Shown here: positions 9,031-19,844 of the stretch, piece by piece
Numbering within the stretch: position 1 is the first letter of the stretch
Layout: each line of letters opens with the position of its first letter
Assembly (NCBI GenBank): GCA_020348345.1
Contig: CP070748.1
Coordinates: 449,210-513,209 of the forward strand
Length of the DNA: 64,000 nt
From: Methanobacteriota archaeon
Lineage (GTDB): Archaea; Thermoplasmatota; Thermoplasmata; UBA10834
Reading direction: 5' to 3'
Position numbers and translations under genes: made by a program
Notes under the pieces: generated by a model
What the model was told of the DNA's origin: nothing
What the model saw: the letters and a program-made list of their open reading frames with translations, nothing else
The model's database searches: none

Positions 9031-11636
9031 TGGTTGAGCTAGACCGCATCCTTAGCGAACGTTCCGATGAGCGAATTCTGTCTGCTGTGCGTTCCCTCTC
9101 CGCTTCAGGCTTTTCTAGGTTTGTGGAGCGAGTCCTTGGCTACCTCGATTTGACCATATCTAGAAGCCGAATCAAAGAGGATTTCGTCATTGCCGATTGT
9201 GTTCACAGACCGGACAGTCTGAAGTACGTGGTCTTCTTCTCGAGAAGGGACGAGAACGTGGCAAAGCAGTCCGTTGACAGTCTTGTGTCCTATATGGAGA
9301 AGGTTGAGGCTGTGAAGGGCTTGGTCCTTTCCTCCTCGCCGATACTGCCGGATGCTGTGAAGCTTGCTGAGATGCATGATGTGGGCGTAGCCGACGGTCC
9401 GAAGCTGGCCGCGCTCGTAAGGCGGTTCGATCTGGACAGAGACCTCATTCGAGAGGCAGAACTCTCCGGCAAGCGCGATGCGGAGCTGGCGAAGACTGGC
9501 CGTCTTGACGAATCGGCAGCTGCGGCCATGGCTGACGGATATGAGGCGCTATCCAACAAGGACTTCCTCAAAGCGCTTGAGAGCGTAGACCAGGCAATAC
9601 TATCCGACGATACCATCGACGCCGCGTGGCGTCTTAAAGGTGTAGTCCTCGATGAAATGGGCTATCACGAACAGGCCCTGGAGTGCTTCAGGCACGCGCT
9701 CGCAATAAGCAAGGGCAGTGATGAAACATGGTACGCACTCGCGAACTGTTTCTACTCCCTATCACGCCACGAGGAGGAGCTGAAATGCTACGACCGCGCT
9801 CTCGAAATCAATCCTCTCAATCTCAAGGCTCTCTTGAATAAAGGCGGCACTCTTCACAGGCTAGGCAGATACCAAGAGGCACTAGATGCGTATGACGAAG
9901 TGCTGAGGAGAAACTACCGGCTCGAGAAGGTACATAACAACCGAGGAGTGACTCTCCACAAGCTCGGTCGGCCCAAGGAGTCGCTCGAAGCCTATGACCG
10001 AGCCATCGCCCTGCGTCACGACTACGTCGAGGCAATAATGAACAAGGCCAACCTCCTCTTCGAGCTTGGGAACGATGATGAAGCGCTCAGCTCCTATTCT
10101 CACGTCACTGAGATTCGCCCTGACATGCCACTTGCCTGGCGGTCGAAGGGACTGGTGGCTTTGAAGATGGGCAAGCGATCGGCTGCCACAAGGGCCTTCG
10201 AGGAGGCTCTCAGGCTAGACGCCGGCGACGTCGAGGCCAAGAGGGCCCTTGATGAGCTTGGGAAAGAGCCGAAGGAGGACCTCGTTGAGACCACAGGATT
10301 TCTCGAGGAGATATTCGCCCCTGATGCCGAGGCCCCGCCTGCAGAGACAGCCGCAGAGCCAACGCAGCCATTGCCTCCAGAGGAGGTTATCACGAGTATC
10401 GAGGAGGAGACGCTTGAACAGATTGCAGAGGAGCTGTACGGCGACCGCGCGGAGTTGCTGCTGTTGTTGGGCCGTCTCGACGAAGCCTACGATTATCTGA
10501 TCAGATCGCTCAGACTCGAGGGAGAGAATTCGCGACTGCTGACCGCTGCCGGGAGCGTGCTGTTTCGACAGGGCAAGCATGAAGCAGCGATAAAGACCTA
10601 CGAGCACGCATACACGGCGGATAGAAGCTACTCACCGGCTCTGTACAACCTTCACATGGCTCTGATGGTTGCGGGCGAGAGTGAGCTGGCTGCGAAGGTG
10701 AGCCAGTCTCTAAGGGAGTCATCGCGTGGATGGCAGGGGAGGGCGGCTTCCGCAATAGAGGCGATGAAACGGAAGGACTATCGTCAGGCAATCGAGGACA
10801 CGGAGGTCGCTATGGCAGCTGAGAACCTATCCACATTGCGCAACTTCAGAGGTGTACTTCAGCTTGTATCGGATGACGTCGATGGCGCTTCGGAGACCTT
10901 CACGCAGCTCACTGCAGACACCTTCGATAGGTCTGAAGCCCACAACAACCTTGGGTCCGCGATACTCAAGAAGGGCGATTGGGAGGGCGCGGGAGCAGAG
11001 TTCGACAAGGCAATGCGACTTCGCAAGGGTAACCCCACCGCCTGGAACAACAGGGGTTGTGTGCTTTACAAGGAAGACCGACTCAGAGAAGCGATAGCCT
11101 GCTTCGAGGAGTCTCTGGTAATCAATCCTACCGCCGTCGCAATGGGGAACAAGGGATTCACCCAGCTTATGATTGACATGCTCGATGATGCGATAAGATC
11201 ATTCGAACAATCGCTGAAGATCTTGGAGACTCCTGAGGCGTTCAACAACAAGGGAATTGCACTTCTGCGTTCAGGGCGCGTGGACGCAGCAGTCGTCGCT
11301 TTCAGAGAAGCGCTCAGACTGTCTCCTCAGTTTGAGGATGCTAACGCCAATCTGCGGAGCGCGCTGTCCGCCCAGTCGTTAAGACAGAGAGAGGTGATGG
11401 AGACTCCGCCTCCTCCTCCACCTCCGCCGCCCTCCAGAAGCATGAAATCTGACAGCGACCGAGCCAAGATGCAGCTGCTTCGCCACGAAAGCGAGAAGAC
11501 TCTGAAGAAGAAGAAGAAATCCGAGCTGGAAGCTATTTGCATAGCCCTCGATAAGAGCTCGCGAGGCACTAAGAAGGAGCTCGTTGCGCGCATCCTTAAG
11601 GAGAAGAGGCGTCTGCTCAGGAAGAGCCGCCTGTGA
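9030..11636 (+). CDS. Mrr-like (restriction-endonuclease fold, probably inactive) N-terminal domain, long TPR array, poly-Pro linker and C-terminal SAP-like motif
   Basis: N-terminal FVERVLGYLDLTI...EDFVIADCV...VVFFSRRDE resembles the Mrr_cat core, but the (E/Q)xK position reads RRD. More than 10 TPR units follow. PPPPPPPPP at about 11400-11430. C-terminal KSELEAICIALDKSSRGTKKELVARILKE resembles a SAP bihelical motif. The start overlaps the stop of 7141..9030 (ATGA). Confidence 0.6.
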   Translation: MVELDRILSERSDERILSAVRSLSASGFSRFVERVLGYLDLTISRSRIKEDFVIADCVHRPDSLKYVVFFSRRDENVAKQSVDSLVSYMEKVEAVKGLVLSSSPILPDAVKLAEMHDVGVADGPKLAALVRRFDLDRDLIREAELSGKRDAELAKTGRLDESAAAAMADGYEALSNKDFLKALESVDQAILSDDTIDAAWRLKGVVLDEMGYHEQALECFRHALAISKGSDETWYALANCFYSLSRHEEELKCYDRALEINPLNLKALLNKGGTLHRLGRYQEALDAYDEVLRRNYRLEKVHNNRGVTLHKLGRPKESLEAYDRAIALRHDYVEAIMNKANLLFELGNDDEALSSYSHVTEIRPDMPLAWRSKGLVALKMGKRSAATRAFEEALRLDAGDVEAKRALDELGKEPKEDLVETTGFLEEIFAPDAEAPPAETAAEPTQPLPPEEVITSIEEETLEQIAEELYGDRAELLLLLGRLDEAYDYLIRSLRLEGENSRLLTAAGSVLFRQGKHEAAIKTYEHAYTADRSYSPALYNLHMALMVAGESELAAKVSQSLRESSRGWQGRAASAIEAMKRKDYRQAIEDTEVAMAAENLSTLRNFRGVLQLVSDDVDGASETFTQLTADTFDRSEAHNNLGSAILKKGDWEGAGAEFDKAMRLRKGNPTAWNNRGCVLYKEDRLREAIACFEESLVINPTAVAMGNKGFTQLMIDMLDDAIRSFEQSLKILETPEAFNNKGIALLRSGRVDAAVVAFREALRLSPQFEDANANLRSALSAQSLRQREVMETPPPPPPPPPSRSMKSDSDRAKMQLLRHESEKTLKKKKKSELEAICIALDKSSRGTKKELVARILKEKRRLLRKSRL

Positions 11637-11664
11637 ACTGCGCGCGACAGATGTCCGCAGTCGC

Positions 11665-11910
11665 CTATGCTATGTTCATCACGACAACGTCTCGAACTGC
11701 CCTCATCTCACTGAAAGGTAACACAAGTCTTCCGTCTGAGTCCGTCTTGAACAACCTCGGCTCGATCTCCTCGGCCGGGATGACGAGCACGTTTTGAAGC
11801 TCGCCGGTCTTTGTGTCAATCAAGAAATTCTCTATCATGCCGAGTATCTGGCCATCATTGGTCATCACTGTCTTGCCCTTCAGCTCGGTAATGAATTTGC
11901 GCATGGTCAT
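11665..11910 (-). CDS. PRC-barrel domain protein
   Basis: LKGKTVMTNDGQILGMIENFLIDTKTGELQNVLV pattern typical of archaeal PRC-barrel proteins; lies immediately downstream of cdc48. Confidence 0.5.
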   Translation of the reverse strand: MTMRKFITELKGKTVMTNDGQILGMIENFLIDTKTGELQNVLVIPAEEIEPRLFKTDSDGRLVLPFSEMRAVRDVVVMNIA

Positions 11911-11922
11911 CCCATCTCCAGA

Positions 11923-14145
11923 CTACCTGTAGTAGCCAAGGCCGTTATCATCTTTGGCCCTCTTAGACATTGCGGTCGTCATCTCCTGGACAAGATTCTC
12001 GTATATCTTCGCGGTCTCCTTGTCAGTTGAAGCTCTTACGAGCTTCATAGCCTCCTCGAAATGCTTCTTCTTGACAGTCTTCGCGTTCCTGTCCTCGCGG
12101 AGGGACAGCATCGCGGCTTCCCGACAGAGATTCTCGATATCTGCACCCACATATCCTTCCAACCTTCTAGCAAGGTCCTTCAAATCCACATCTTTGAGTG
12201 GCATATCACTGGTGTGTACCTGCAGGATCTTCAGTCTGGTCGCCTCGTCAGGAAGAGGTGTCAGCAGCAGCTTGTCGAACCTCCCAGGGCGAAGCAGCGC
12301 TCTGTCCAGGATGTCCGGGCGATTTGTGGCAGCAATGACGAACACCCCGCTGAGCGAATCCAGTCCGTCCATCGACGTCAGAAGCTGGTTGACAACTCTC
12401 TCGGTCGCGCCGGAGTCGAAATGGCTTCCTCTTCTAGGTGCAATCGCGTCGATCTCATCAAGGAACACTATCGATGGAGCGACCTGTTTTGCCTTCTTGA
12501 AGATCATTCGTATCGCCTTCTCGCTCTCGCCGACCCATTTTGACATTATCTCAGGACCCTTGATTGAGATGAAGTTGGCCTTCGATTCGTTCGCGACCGC
12601 TCGCGCAATCAGCGTCTTACCCGTCCCAGGCGCTCCGAACAGGAGCACGCCGCTCGGCGGCTGGATTCCCATCCTCGAGAAGGCCTCAGGATCCTCGAGA
12701 GGCTTCTCAATAGCCTCGTTGAGAGCCTCCTTCACGCTCTCCAGCCCTCCCACGTCTTCCCAAGTGACCTTGGGTATTTCGACCGATACCTCGCGCATAG
12801 CACTCGGCTCTATCTCTCTGAGAGCGTCCGTGAAATCCTGCGCGGTCACGCGCATCTTCTCCAGAATATCCGTTGGTATTGGCTTGCCGAACTCAATATC
12901 TGGAAGGTACCGTCTCAGCGCCCGCATCGCACTCTCTCTTGACAATGCCGCCAAATCAGCGCCCACGAATCCGTGCGTCATGTCTGCAATCTTGTCCAGC
13001 TTGACACTATGATCGAGAGGCATGCCTCGGGTGTGTATCATCAGAATCTCGAGCCTTCCTTCCGCTGTGGGAACACCGATCTCGATCTCCCTGTCGAATC
13101 TTCCTGGCCTGCGCAATGCAGGGTCTATTGCACCCTCTCGATTCGTCGCAGCGATTACTATCACGTTGCCTCTCGACGTGAGTCCATCCATCAGAGTCAG
13201 CAATTGGGCAACAACTCGTCGTTCAACCTCGCCCTGGACTTCGTCTCGTTTCGGTGCGATTGAGTCGATCTCATCGATGAATATAACGGAGGGCGCATTC
13301 TTCTCCGCCTCTGAGAACATCTCACGCAACCGTTCCTCGCTCTGCCCATAGAATTTGGACATGATCTCCGGGCCTTGAATGGCGTGGAAGTTCGCACCTG
13401 CCTCGTTCGCAACCGCTCGCGCAATGAGGGTCTTCCCTGTTCCAGGCGAACCGTAAAGGAGTATGCCCTTTGGAGGATCTATCCCCAGCCTGGAGAATAT
13501 CTCAGGGTGTTTCAGGGGCAGTTCAATCATCTCTCTTATTCTCAGGAGCTCTCCCTCGAGGCCACCCACATCCTCGTAGGTGACAGATGGCCTGGTGAGT
13601 TCGGTGACTTCAACAGGTTCCGTGCGCACCGATAGCTCGGTGAAATCACCTATCTGTACGATGCCGCTGGGCGTGGTAGATGCGACGACAAATGGCAGGA
13701 ATCCGCCCATAAGCGCTATGTTGGGTATGATGATCTCATCACCCTTTACGATTGCTCTGTTGAGCAGCCCCTTCTTGAAGAGCCCCTCGACTCCTTGGCC
13801 GAATCGGACCCTCTTTCCATGTGGTATCTTCGGGGCTACCACGACCTTCTTCGCGGCGTGAGCATCAGCCTTCCTGACCGCGACCTTCTCGCCGATTGAT
13901 ACGCCGGCGTTCCCTCGAATCATTCCGTCGATACGGACTATGCTCTTCCTCTCGTCCTCATGAGCGGCTCTGAAGACCTTGGCCGCAGTCCGCTTCTTAC
14001 CGATTATCTCAATTATGTCTCCGACGTCTATGTTCAGGGTCTTTCTCGTGTCAGAGTCTATTCTCGCACGTCCCAGGCCGACTTCGGACTGGTGGTGTGC
14101 ACGCGCGACCTTCAACGTTACCGCGTCCGTAGGCTTTCGTGTCAT
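11923..14145 (-). CDS. cdc48: CDC48/VCP-like AAA+ ATPase (two AAA domains)
   Basis: Two Walker A ([16 protein letters not shown]), two Walker B ([18 protein letters not shown]) and SRH regions; N-terminal double-psi barrel region. Confidence 0.95.
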   Translation of the reverse strand: MTRKPTDAVTLKVARAHHQSEVGLGRARIDSDTRKTLNIDVGDIIEIIGKKRTAAKVFRAAHEDERKSIVRIDGMIRGNAGVSIGEKVAVRKADAHAAKKVVVAPKIPHGKRVRFGQGVEGLFKKGLLNRAIVKGDEIIIPNIALMGGFLPFVVASTTPSGIVQIGDFTELSVRTEPVEVTELTRPSVTYEDVGGLEGELLRIREMIELPLKHPEIFSRLGIDPPKGILLYGSPGTGKTLIARAVANEAGANFHAIQGPEIMSKFYGQSEERLREMFSEAEKNAPSVIFIDEIDSIAPKRDEVQGEVERRVVAQLLTLMDGLTSRGNVIVIAATNREGAIDPALRRPGRFDREIEIGVPTAEGRLEILMIHTRGMPLDHSVKLDKIADMTHGFVGADLAALSRESAMRALRRYLPDIEFGKPIPTDILEKMRVTAQDFTDALREIEPSAMREVSVEIPKVTWEDVGGLESVKEALNEAIEKPLEDPEAFSRMGIQPPSGVLLFGAPGTGKTLIARAVANESKANFISIKGPEIMSKWVGESEKAIRMIFKKAKQVAPSIVFLDEIDAIAPRRGSHFDSGATERVVNQLLTSMDGLDSLSGVFVIAATNRPDILDRALLRPGRFDKLLLTPLPDEATRLKILQVHTSDMPLKDVDLKDLARRLEGYVGADIENLCREAAMLSLREDRNAKTVKKKHFEEAMKLVRASTDKETAKIYENLVQEMTTAMSKRAKDDNGLGYYR

Positions 14146-14333
14146 CCAACGCGTAATCCCCTGGCCTATCCAAAAAGCTTTGGGATGCCAAGTGGCGATT
14201 GCATTTCACTAGGGCGTTCGCTAATGTACGCTTTCTGCGCCCACAATCCGTCGATTGTCAGATGCCTGAAAGGAGTTGGCTAGAAAAGCATTAAAGCGCA
14301 ACCATCTATTCGAACTGACGACGAGGCTTTAGG

Positions 14334-15218
14334 ATGTACGAGGTACGATTCCATGGCCGCGGAGGTCAAGGAGCGGTCATGGCTGCACAGGCACTTGCGA
14401 GTGCGGCGCACGCGGAGGGAGGGTACGCGACGGCCTTCCCGTTTTTCGGGGCGGAGAGACGAGGAGCGCCGGTACTTGCGTTTACGAGAATCGACGATAA
14501 GAGGATTTACAGAAAGACGCAGGTCTACGAGCCCGATTTCGTGGTAGTCCTGGACGAAGGATTGCTGGAGACCGTCAATGTCGTCGAGGGTTTGAAGGAT
14601 GGAGGGGCCGTCGTAGTCAACTCGGTCAGGAGCCCTGAGGAGATCGACGTCGGGATAGACGCTAAGCTCGCAACAGTCGATGCTACGAGCGTCGCTTTGG
14701 AGGTTCTCAAGCGACCCGCCACGAACTCGTCAATCCTGGGAGCACTGTCAAAGGCCACAGGAATCGTGAGCATAGAGTCAATCGAGAAGGGAATCATGCA
14801 GGTTTTTGGCGATAGGCTCGGCGAGAAGGTTGGGGAGAGAAACGCGAAGGCCGCCCGCATCGCCTACGACAGGACTGTGGTGGGCGAATCGCACGGCAGC
14901 AGAGTTCTGAAAGCCTCCAATAAATGGCTGCCGGACGTCAGAGAACTACCAATGGGAGTGGCGGGCATCTCGCTGGATACTGATGCGGGCGCGGTCGGCC
15001 CCGGTTCATTCCTTGAGAACAAGACTGGAAGCTGGAAGGTCTTTCACCCCGAATATGACGGAGAGAAGTGCACCATGTGCAACTTCTGCTGGTTCTACTG
15101 TCCAGAAGGATGCATCTATAGAAAGGAAGATCGAATGGAGTTCGACATGGACTATTGCAAAGGCTGCGGGATATGTGCGAACGAGTGTCCCGCCGAAGCC
15201 ATCAAGATGGTGAGGTGA
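14334..15218 (+). CDS. porGD: Pyruvate:ferredoxin oxidoreductase gamma-delta fusion (PorG/PorC plus PorD)
   Basis: N-terminal roughly 185 aa gamma pattern ([12 protein letters not shown]...FGAERRGAP); C-terminal 2x[4Fe-4S] delta ([15 protein letters not shown] ... [12 protein letters not shown]) in a single ORF. Confidence 0.85.
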   Translation: MYEVRFHGRGGQGAVMAAQALASAAHAEGGYATAFPFFGAERRGAPVLAFTRIDDKRIYRKTQVYEPDFVVVLDEGLLETVNVVEGLKDGGAVVVNSVRSPEEIDVGIDAKLATVDATSVALEVLKRPATNSSILGALSKATGIVSIESIEKGIMQVFGDRLGEKVGERNAKAARIAYDRTVVGESHGSRVLKASNKWLPDVRELPMGVAGISLDTDAGAVGPGSFLENKTGSWKVFHPEYDGEKCTMCNFCWFYCPEGCIYRKEDRMEFDMDYCKGCGICANECPAEAIKMVR

Positions 15219-15223
15219 ATAGG

Positions 15224-16405
15224 ATGGTGTCGAAGATCTGCACAGGCAACTACGCAGCCGCCTATGGCTCGATGCGATCGCGGGCGAGAACAGTTGCAGC
15301 CTATCCTATCACGCCCCAGACCTTCATAGTGGAACATATCTCCGAGTTCATCAACAACGGGGAGATGGACTGCGAGTATATTGAGGTCGAGAGCGAGCAC
15401 ACCGCCATGAGTGCGTGCGTGTCAGCGAGCGCCTCGGGCGTGCGCACATTCACAGCCACATCATCTCAGGGATTGGCGCTTATGCACGAGATTCTGCCAA
15501 TCGCTAGTGGCATGAGGCTGCCTGTGGTCATGGCGGTCGTCAACAGGTCAATTGCATCTCCAATAAACATCTGGGTGGAGCATAACGACATAATGCCCGA
15601 GAGGGATTCTGGATGGATTCAGGTCTTCTGCGACAACAACCAGGAAGTCCAGGACATGATTCTGCAGGCCTACCGCATTGCAGAGGGCAAACGCGTCGCA
15701 CTTCCCGTCGCGGTGTGTCTGGACGCCTTCATACTCTCGCACACGGTTGAACCAGTCGATCTCATCGAGCAGGATGCAGCTGACAAGTACGTGCCTGAGT
15801 TCAGCCCTACGGGCGCGATTCTTGACCCCGATGACGTTGCCGCTGTAGGTGTGTTCACCCCTCCCGATTACATGATGGAATGCAGATGGCAGACCGACAA
15901 GGCGATGAGAAATGCCGTCGAGGCTATCGGTGAAGCGAACGAAGTCTTCGCGAAGCAGTTTGGTCGAGATCATGGAGGAATGATAGACCCATATATGGTC
16001 GATGACGCCGAGGCAGTGCTCGTAACGATGGGTACTGCCAGCTCGACCGCACATGAGGTCGTCGATGAGATGAGAGCCAAGGGCAAGAAGGTAGGCCTTG
16101 TTAAGCTCAGATTCTGGCGCCCATACCCTTCGGAGCTCCTCAGGGCCATAGCCGAGAAGGTCAAGGCCGTGGGCGTCTTCGACAGGGCGGTGTCATATGG
16201 CATCGGAGGACCGTCCTACATCGAGTTCAGGAACGCAGTGTTCGGCCTCGACCTGCCAGTGATGAATTTCATCGGAGGTCTTGGAGGCAGAGACGTGTCG
16301 CTGCAAGATGTGCGATTCATGTATGAGAAGCTGCTGGAGGCAGCTAGGACGGGCGTCGTCAAGCGTGACATAACTTGGATGGGAACCAGGGGGGTCGAGC
16401 AATGA
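15224..16405 (+). CDS. porA: Pyruvate:ferredoxin oxidoreductase alpha subunit
   Basis: PorA pattern (ICTGNYAAAYG..., AYPITPQT); start placed at the Met just after the porGD stop. Confidence 0.9.
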   Translation: MVSKICTGNYAAAYGSMRSRARTVAAYPITPQTFIVEHISEFINNGEMDCEYIEVESEHTAMSACVSASASGVRTFTATSSQGLALMHEILPIASGMRLPVVMAVVNRSIASPINIWVEHNDIMPERDSGWIQVFCDNNQEVQDMILQAYRIAEGKRVALPVAVCLDAFILSHTVEPVDLIEQDAADKYVPEFSPTGAILDPDDVAAVGVFTPPDYMMECRWQTDKAMRNAVEAIGEANEVFAKQFGRDHGGMIDPYMVDDAEAVLVTMGTASSTAHEVVDEMRAKGKKVGLVKLRFWRPYPSELLRAIAEKVKAVGVFDRAVSYGIGGPSYIEFRNAVFGLDLPVMNFIGGLGGRDVSLQDVRFMYEKLLEAARTGVVKRDITWMGTRGVEQ

Positions 16406-17292
16406 AGCTCAAGGAGCTTCCCGACGAGGAGCTTTTCACCCGCGGACACACTGCGTGCGCCGGCTGCGGGGCAGCAGTAGCGGTTCGCAATCTCATGAAA
16501 GTCCTTGGCAAAAGGACGATGGTAGTGAATCCTGCGTGCTGCCTGCTGATCTTCGGCGCGACCTATCCCTACCTGGCCTGGAAGGTGCCCTTTCATCACG
16601 TAGCATTCGAGAACACCGCTGCGTGTGCGACTGGAATGTCTAGGGCGATGAAGGTTCGAGGTAAGGAGGATACGGTTGTGATGGGGATTGCCGGCGACGG
16701 CGGAACCGCGGACATTGGCATCCAGGCGCTTTCTGGAGCCGCGGAGAGGAACGAGGATATGCTTTACGTCATGTATGACAACGAAGCCTACATGAACACG
16801 GGCATCCAGCGTTCAGGCTCGACGCCGTTCGGCGCATGGACAACGACAACTCCAGTAGGCAAGGTGAAGGCAGGAAAGGCCGACTTCAAGAAGGACATGC
16901 CGCTCATAATGATGGCGCACAACGTTCCGTACGTCGCGACCGCCTCTATCGGGAACATACAGGATTTCATCAATAAATTCGAGAAGGCAAGGAACATGAA
17001 GGGGTTCAGGTACATCCAGGTTTTCACTCCCTGCCCGACAGGGTGGCGACACGACACGGCCAAGACGATCGAAGTCGCCAAGCTGGCAGTCGATACGGGC
17101 ATGTGGACACTCTACGAATGTGAGAACGGCAAAGTCAAGATCAATCGGAAGCCCAAGATGACCCCGGTATCAGAGTATCTCAAAGTGCAAGGCCGCTTCA
17201 GACATATGAAAGAGGAGGATGTCAGAAAGCTTCAGGACTGGGTCACCAGCAAATGGGAGGCCGACGAGAGATACGCTCAGTGCAGGCAGTGA
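16402..17292 (+). CDS. porB: Pyruvate:ferredoxin oxidoreductase beta subunit (TPP-binding)
   Basis: GHTACAGCG and TPP-binding GDGG...ADIG...YDNEAYMNTGIQ; overlaps the porA stop. Confidence 0.9.
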   Translation: MKLKELPDEELFTRGHTACAGCGAAVAVRNLMKVLGKRTMVVNPACCLLIFGATYPYLAWKVPFHHVAFENTAACATGMSRAMKVRGKEDTVVMGIAGDGGTADIGIQALSGAAERNEDMLYVMYDNEAYMNTGIQRSGSTPFGAWTTTTPVGKVKAGKADFKKDMPLIMMAHNVPYVATASIGNIQDFINKFEKARNMKGFRYIQVFTPCPTGWRHDTAKTIEVAKLAVDTGMWTLYECENGKVKINRKPKMTPVSEYLKVQGRFRHMKEEDVRKLQDWVTSKWEADERYAQCRQ

Positions 17293-17332
17293 AAGGGTCC
17301 CGATTGCCGCGCAAGGAATTACGCCATGGTCT

Positions 17333-18205
17333 CTATCGGCTCGTCGCGACCGACTTTCTCATCTCAACCTGTTTGATTGTGACGGCGAAATCGAACTTGT
17401 CCAGCATCCTGCGCGTCGCAAGATCGTCATTAACGTTGTAGATAGCTATGTTGAACGCACCCAACTCCCAAAGTCTGTTGAGGGCGAACTTCGTCAACGA
17501 GGTACCTATCCCAAGACTCCTTCGCTGAGGGAGCACGCCTATGAACGGGATGAACCCTGTCGTTTCGACACGTCTCAGCATTACAAATCCTCCGTCGACG
17601 GAATATATCTCGCAAGTCCTTCCAGATTCCTCCAAGGCCGCGGCCTTCCTCCTCTGCCAGCAGGATTCGGAGTATGACGCTCTATGCACTTCCACGATGT
17701 CCTCCACACGGACTCTGTTCGGCCTGTTTCCAAATCCTGCGAATCCGGCAGCCTTCCCTTCTGCTGAAAGATACTTCCGCGCCTCCGTATATCCAAGCCT
17801 CGCGTAGAGCCTCGAAGCCGCTGAGTTACCCTCTATGACCTCCAAGATGATCTCCTCGACTCCTCGGAGACGGGCGCCTTCCTCCGCGGCCTCCATCAAT
17901 CGCCTCCCTATTCCCTGACCACGGAAGGACGGAACCACCCCCAGCCCTCCGATCCACGCTTCATTGCCGTCGATTACCGGATTGACGTATCCTATTATGG
18001 CGTCTTGATGCTTCGCCACTATGATATCATCTATCCTGCCTCCGACAGAGCGCAAGAAATCCATGAAGAACTTGCGAGACGATCTGAACGGGATGATGTA
18101 GTCTGCGAAGATATCCGCCTGAGCCTCGACAAGCCCATCTACCTCGTTCGGGTCGAGCCTGACAATCTCCACCACTTCTTCGACCTTCATCTCATGAGCC
18201 TTCAA
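17333..18205 (-). CDS. Tandem-GNAT N-acetyltransferase
   Basis: Two acetyl-CoA binding motifs (RGQGIGRRLME and RSLGIGTSL) within about 290 aa. Confidence 0.65.
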   Translation of the reverse strand: MKAHEMKVEEVVEIVRLDPNEVDGLVEAQADIFADYIIPFRSSRKFFMDFLRSVGGRIDDIIVAKHQDAIIGYVNPVIDGNEAWIGGLGVVPSFRGQGIGRRLMEAAEEGARLRGVEEIILEVIEGNSAASRLYARLGYTEARKYLSAEGKAAGFAGFGNRPNRVRVEDIVEVHRASYSESCWQRRKAAALEESGRTCEIYSVDGGFVMLRRVETTGFIPFIGVLPQRRSLGIGTSLTKFALNRLWELGAFNIAIYNVNDDLATRRMLDKFDFAVTIKQVEMRKSVATSR

Positions 18206-19689
18206 GCGATGTCGGGTCTCATATGGGGGAAGAGAATGACCTCTTTGATTGACGGGGCATTCGTGAAGATCATGGCAAGTCTGTCTATGCCTATCCCGAG
18301 GCCGCCCGTAGGCGGCAGGCCGTATTCCAACGCTCGCACGTAATCCAAGTCTATAGGATGAGCTTCATCATCCCCCTCCTGTTTGAGGCGATCCTGCTCT
18401 TTGAATCGCTGTTCCTGCTCGACGGGATCGTTCAACTCTGAGAAGGCGTTGGCGAATTCCCAACCGTTTATGAACAACTCGAATCGCTCAACCAGGTGAG
18501 GCGCTCCTCTCTTTCTCTTGGCTAGGGGAGATACCTCAATCGGATGATCGATGATGAAGACTGGATCTATCAGGCACGGCTGAACCTTCTGGTCGAAGAT
18601 CTCCGATACTACCTTGCCGATGTCCGAACAGTCATCTACTTCTCGGACTCCCATCTCTCTAGCGGCGTCTTTCGCGCTCTCCAAGGTGTCAAGCGTGCTC
18701 ACATCCAGGCCTGAGTGCTTCTTAATCGCCTCGTCCATGGTGATTCGAGGCCATGGCCTTGTGAAATCCAAGATCCGATCTCCGTAGACGATCTTCTCGG
18801 TTCCAACAATCTGCATCGCCGTGTCGTGAATCAGAGACTCCGTGAGGTCCATTATGTCGTTGTAATCTGAATACGCCTTGTAGAGTTCCATCGAAGTGTA
18901 CTCCGGATAGTGTTGGGCGTCAATATCCTCGTTCCTGAAGTTCTTTCCAATCTCGTAAACGCCTTCGAGATTGCCCACTATGCACCTCTTGTGATACAAC
19001 TCGGGCGCAATCCTCAGATACAGATCGATATCGAGGAAGTTGTGATGCGTTACAAAAGGCCTGGCGAGCGCTCCTCCGTACAGAGGTTGCAGAATCGGCG
19101 TCTCGACCTCTATGAATCCTTTTTCATTCAGCCAGGCACGCATGTGTGCAATCATGCGACTTCTCTTGATGAACCGCGTTCTCACGTCCTCATTCATGAG
19201 CAGGTCGAGGTATCTTTGCCTGTATCTCATCTGTACGTCCTGAAGGCCATGGAACTTCTCTGGCAGAGGTATCAATGCCTTGCTCAGGACTTGAAATCCT
19301 GTAACGGCAATGGTAATCTCTCCGGTCTTTGTTCTAAACACATTGCCATTTACTCCGACGACATCGCCTCTGTCCATTGTCTGGAACAGATCCCACAGGT
19401 CGTCCCCTATGTCATCCCTACGGAAGTAGATCTGGACTTTGCCTTCTCGGTCAACCAGATCGGCGAAACCAGCTTTCCCGTGAATCCTCTTCGCCATGAT
19501 CCTGCCCGCGACGGAGATCAAATCCTCGCTCCTGTCGGAGCCGATGTCACTGTATTGCGATGCGACTTCAGTTGAGGAGTGAGTGCGGTCATATCTGTAG
19601 GTCTTGTATGGATCGAAGCCACGGCTCTTCATATCCTCCAGGTTCTTCCTGAGCTGTTTCCTGAGGTCGCTCTCCTGTTCTTCAGGCAT
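18202..19689 (-). CDS. lysS: Lysyl-tRNA synthetase, class II
   Basis: N-terminal OB anticodon-binding domain; class-II motif 2 (KNFRNEDIDAQHYPEYTSMELY) and motif 3 (GGLGIGIDRLAMIF). Confidence 0.9.
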   Translation of the reverse strand: MPEEQESDLRKQLRKNLEDMKSRGFDPYKTYRYDRTHSSTEVASQYSDIGSDRSEDLISVAGRIMAKRIHGKAGFADLVDREGKVQIYFRRDDIGDDLWDLFQTMDRGDVVGVNGNVFRTKTGEITIAVTGFQVLSKALIPLPEKFHGLQDVQMRYRQRYLDLLMNEDVRTRFIKRSRMIAHMRAWLNEKGFIEVETPILQPLYGGALARPFVTHHNFLDIDLYLRIAPELYHKRCIVGNLEGVYEIGKNFRNEDIDAQHYPEYTSMELYKAYSDYNDIMDLTESLIHDTAMQIVGTEKIVYGDRILDFTRPWPRITMDEAIKKHSGLDVSTLDTLESAKDAAREMGVREVDDCSDIGKVVSEIFDQKVQPCLIDPVFIIDHPIEVSPLAKRKRGAPHLVERFELFINGWEFANAFSELNDPVEQEQRFKEQDRLKQEGDDEAHPIDLDYVRALEYGLPPTGGLGIGIDRLAMIFTNAPSIKEVILFPHMRPDIA

Positions 19690-19844
19690 TACGCAACACC
19701 CCTGCTGGGTACGCTCTCATATTCTGAGGGCGTACTTAAACGTAATCGCTCTGCCACCCCTGACGATCCCCGCATCGCCCCCCATTGTCATTAGCATATC
19801 ACTCACCAGGACTCGGTCGAAGCCACTATCAATTCGTGGCTTCG

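Noticed and set aside
11380-11440. Low-complexity CCT/CCG repeat that looks like a simple-sequence or CRISPR-like repeat
   Set aside because: It is the coding sequence for the poly-proline linker (PPPPPPPPP) inside the TPR-SAP protein. There is no spacer-repeat periodicity, and no CRISPR array exists elsewhere in the window.
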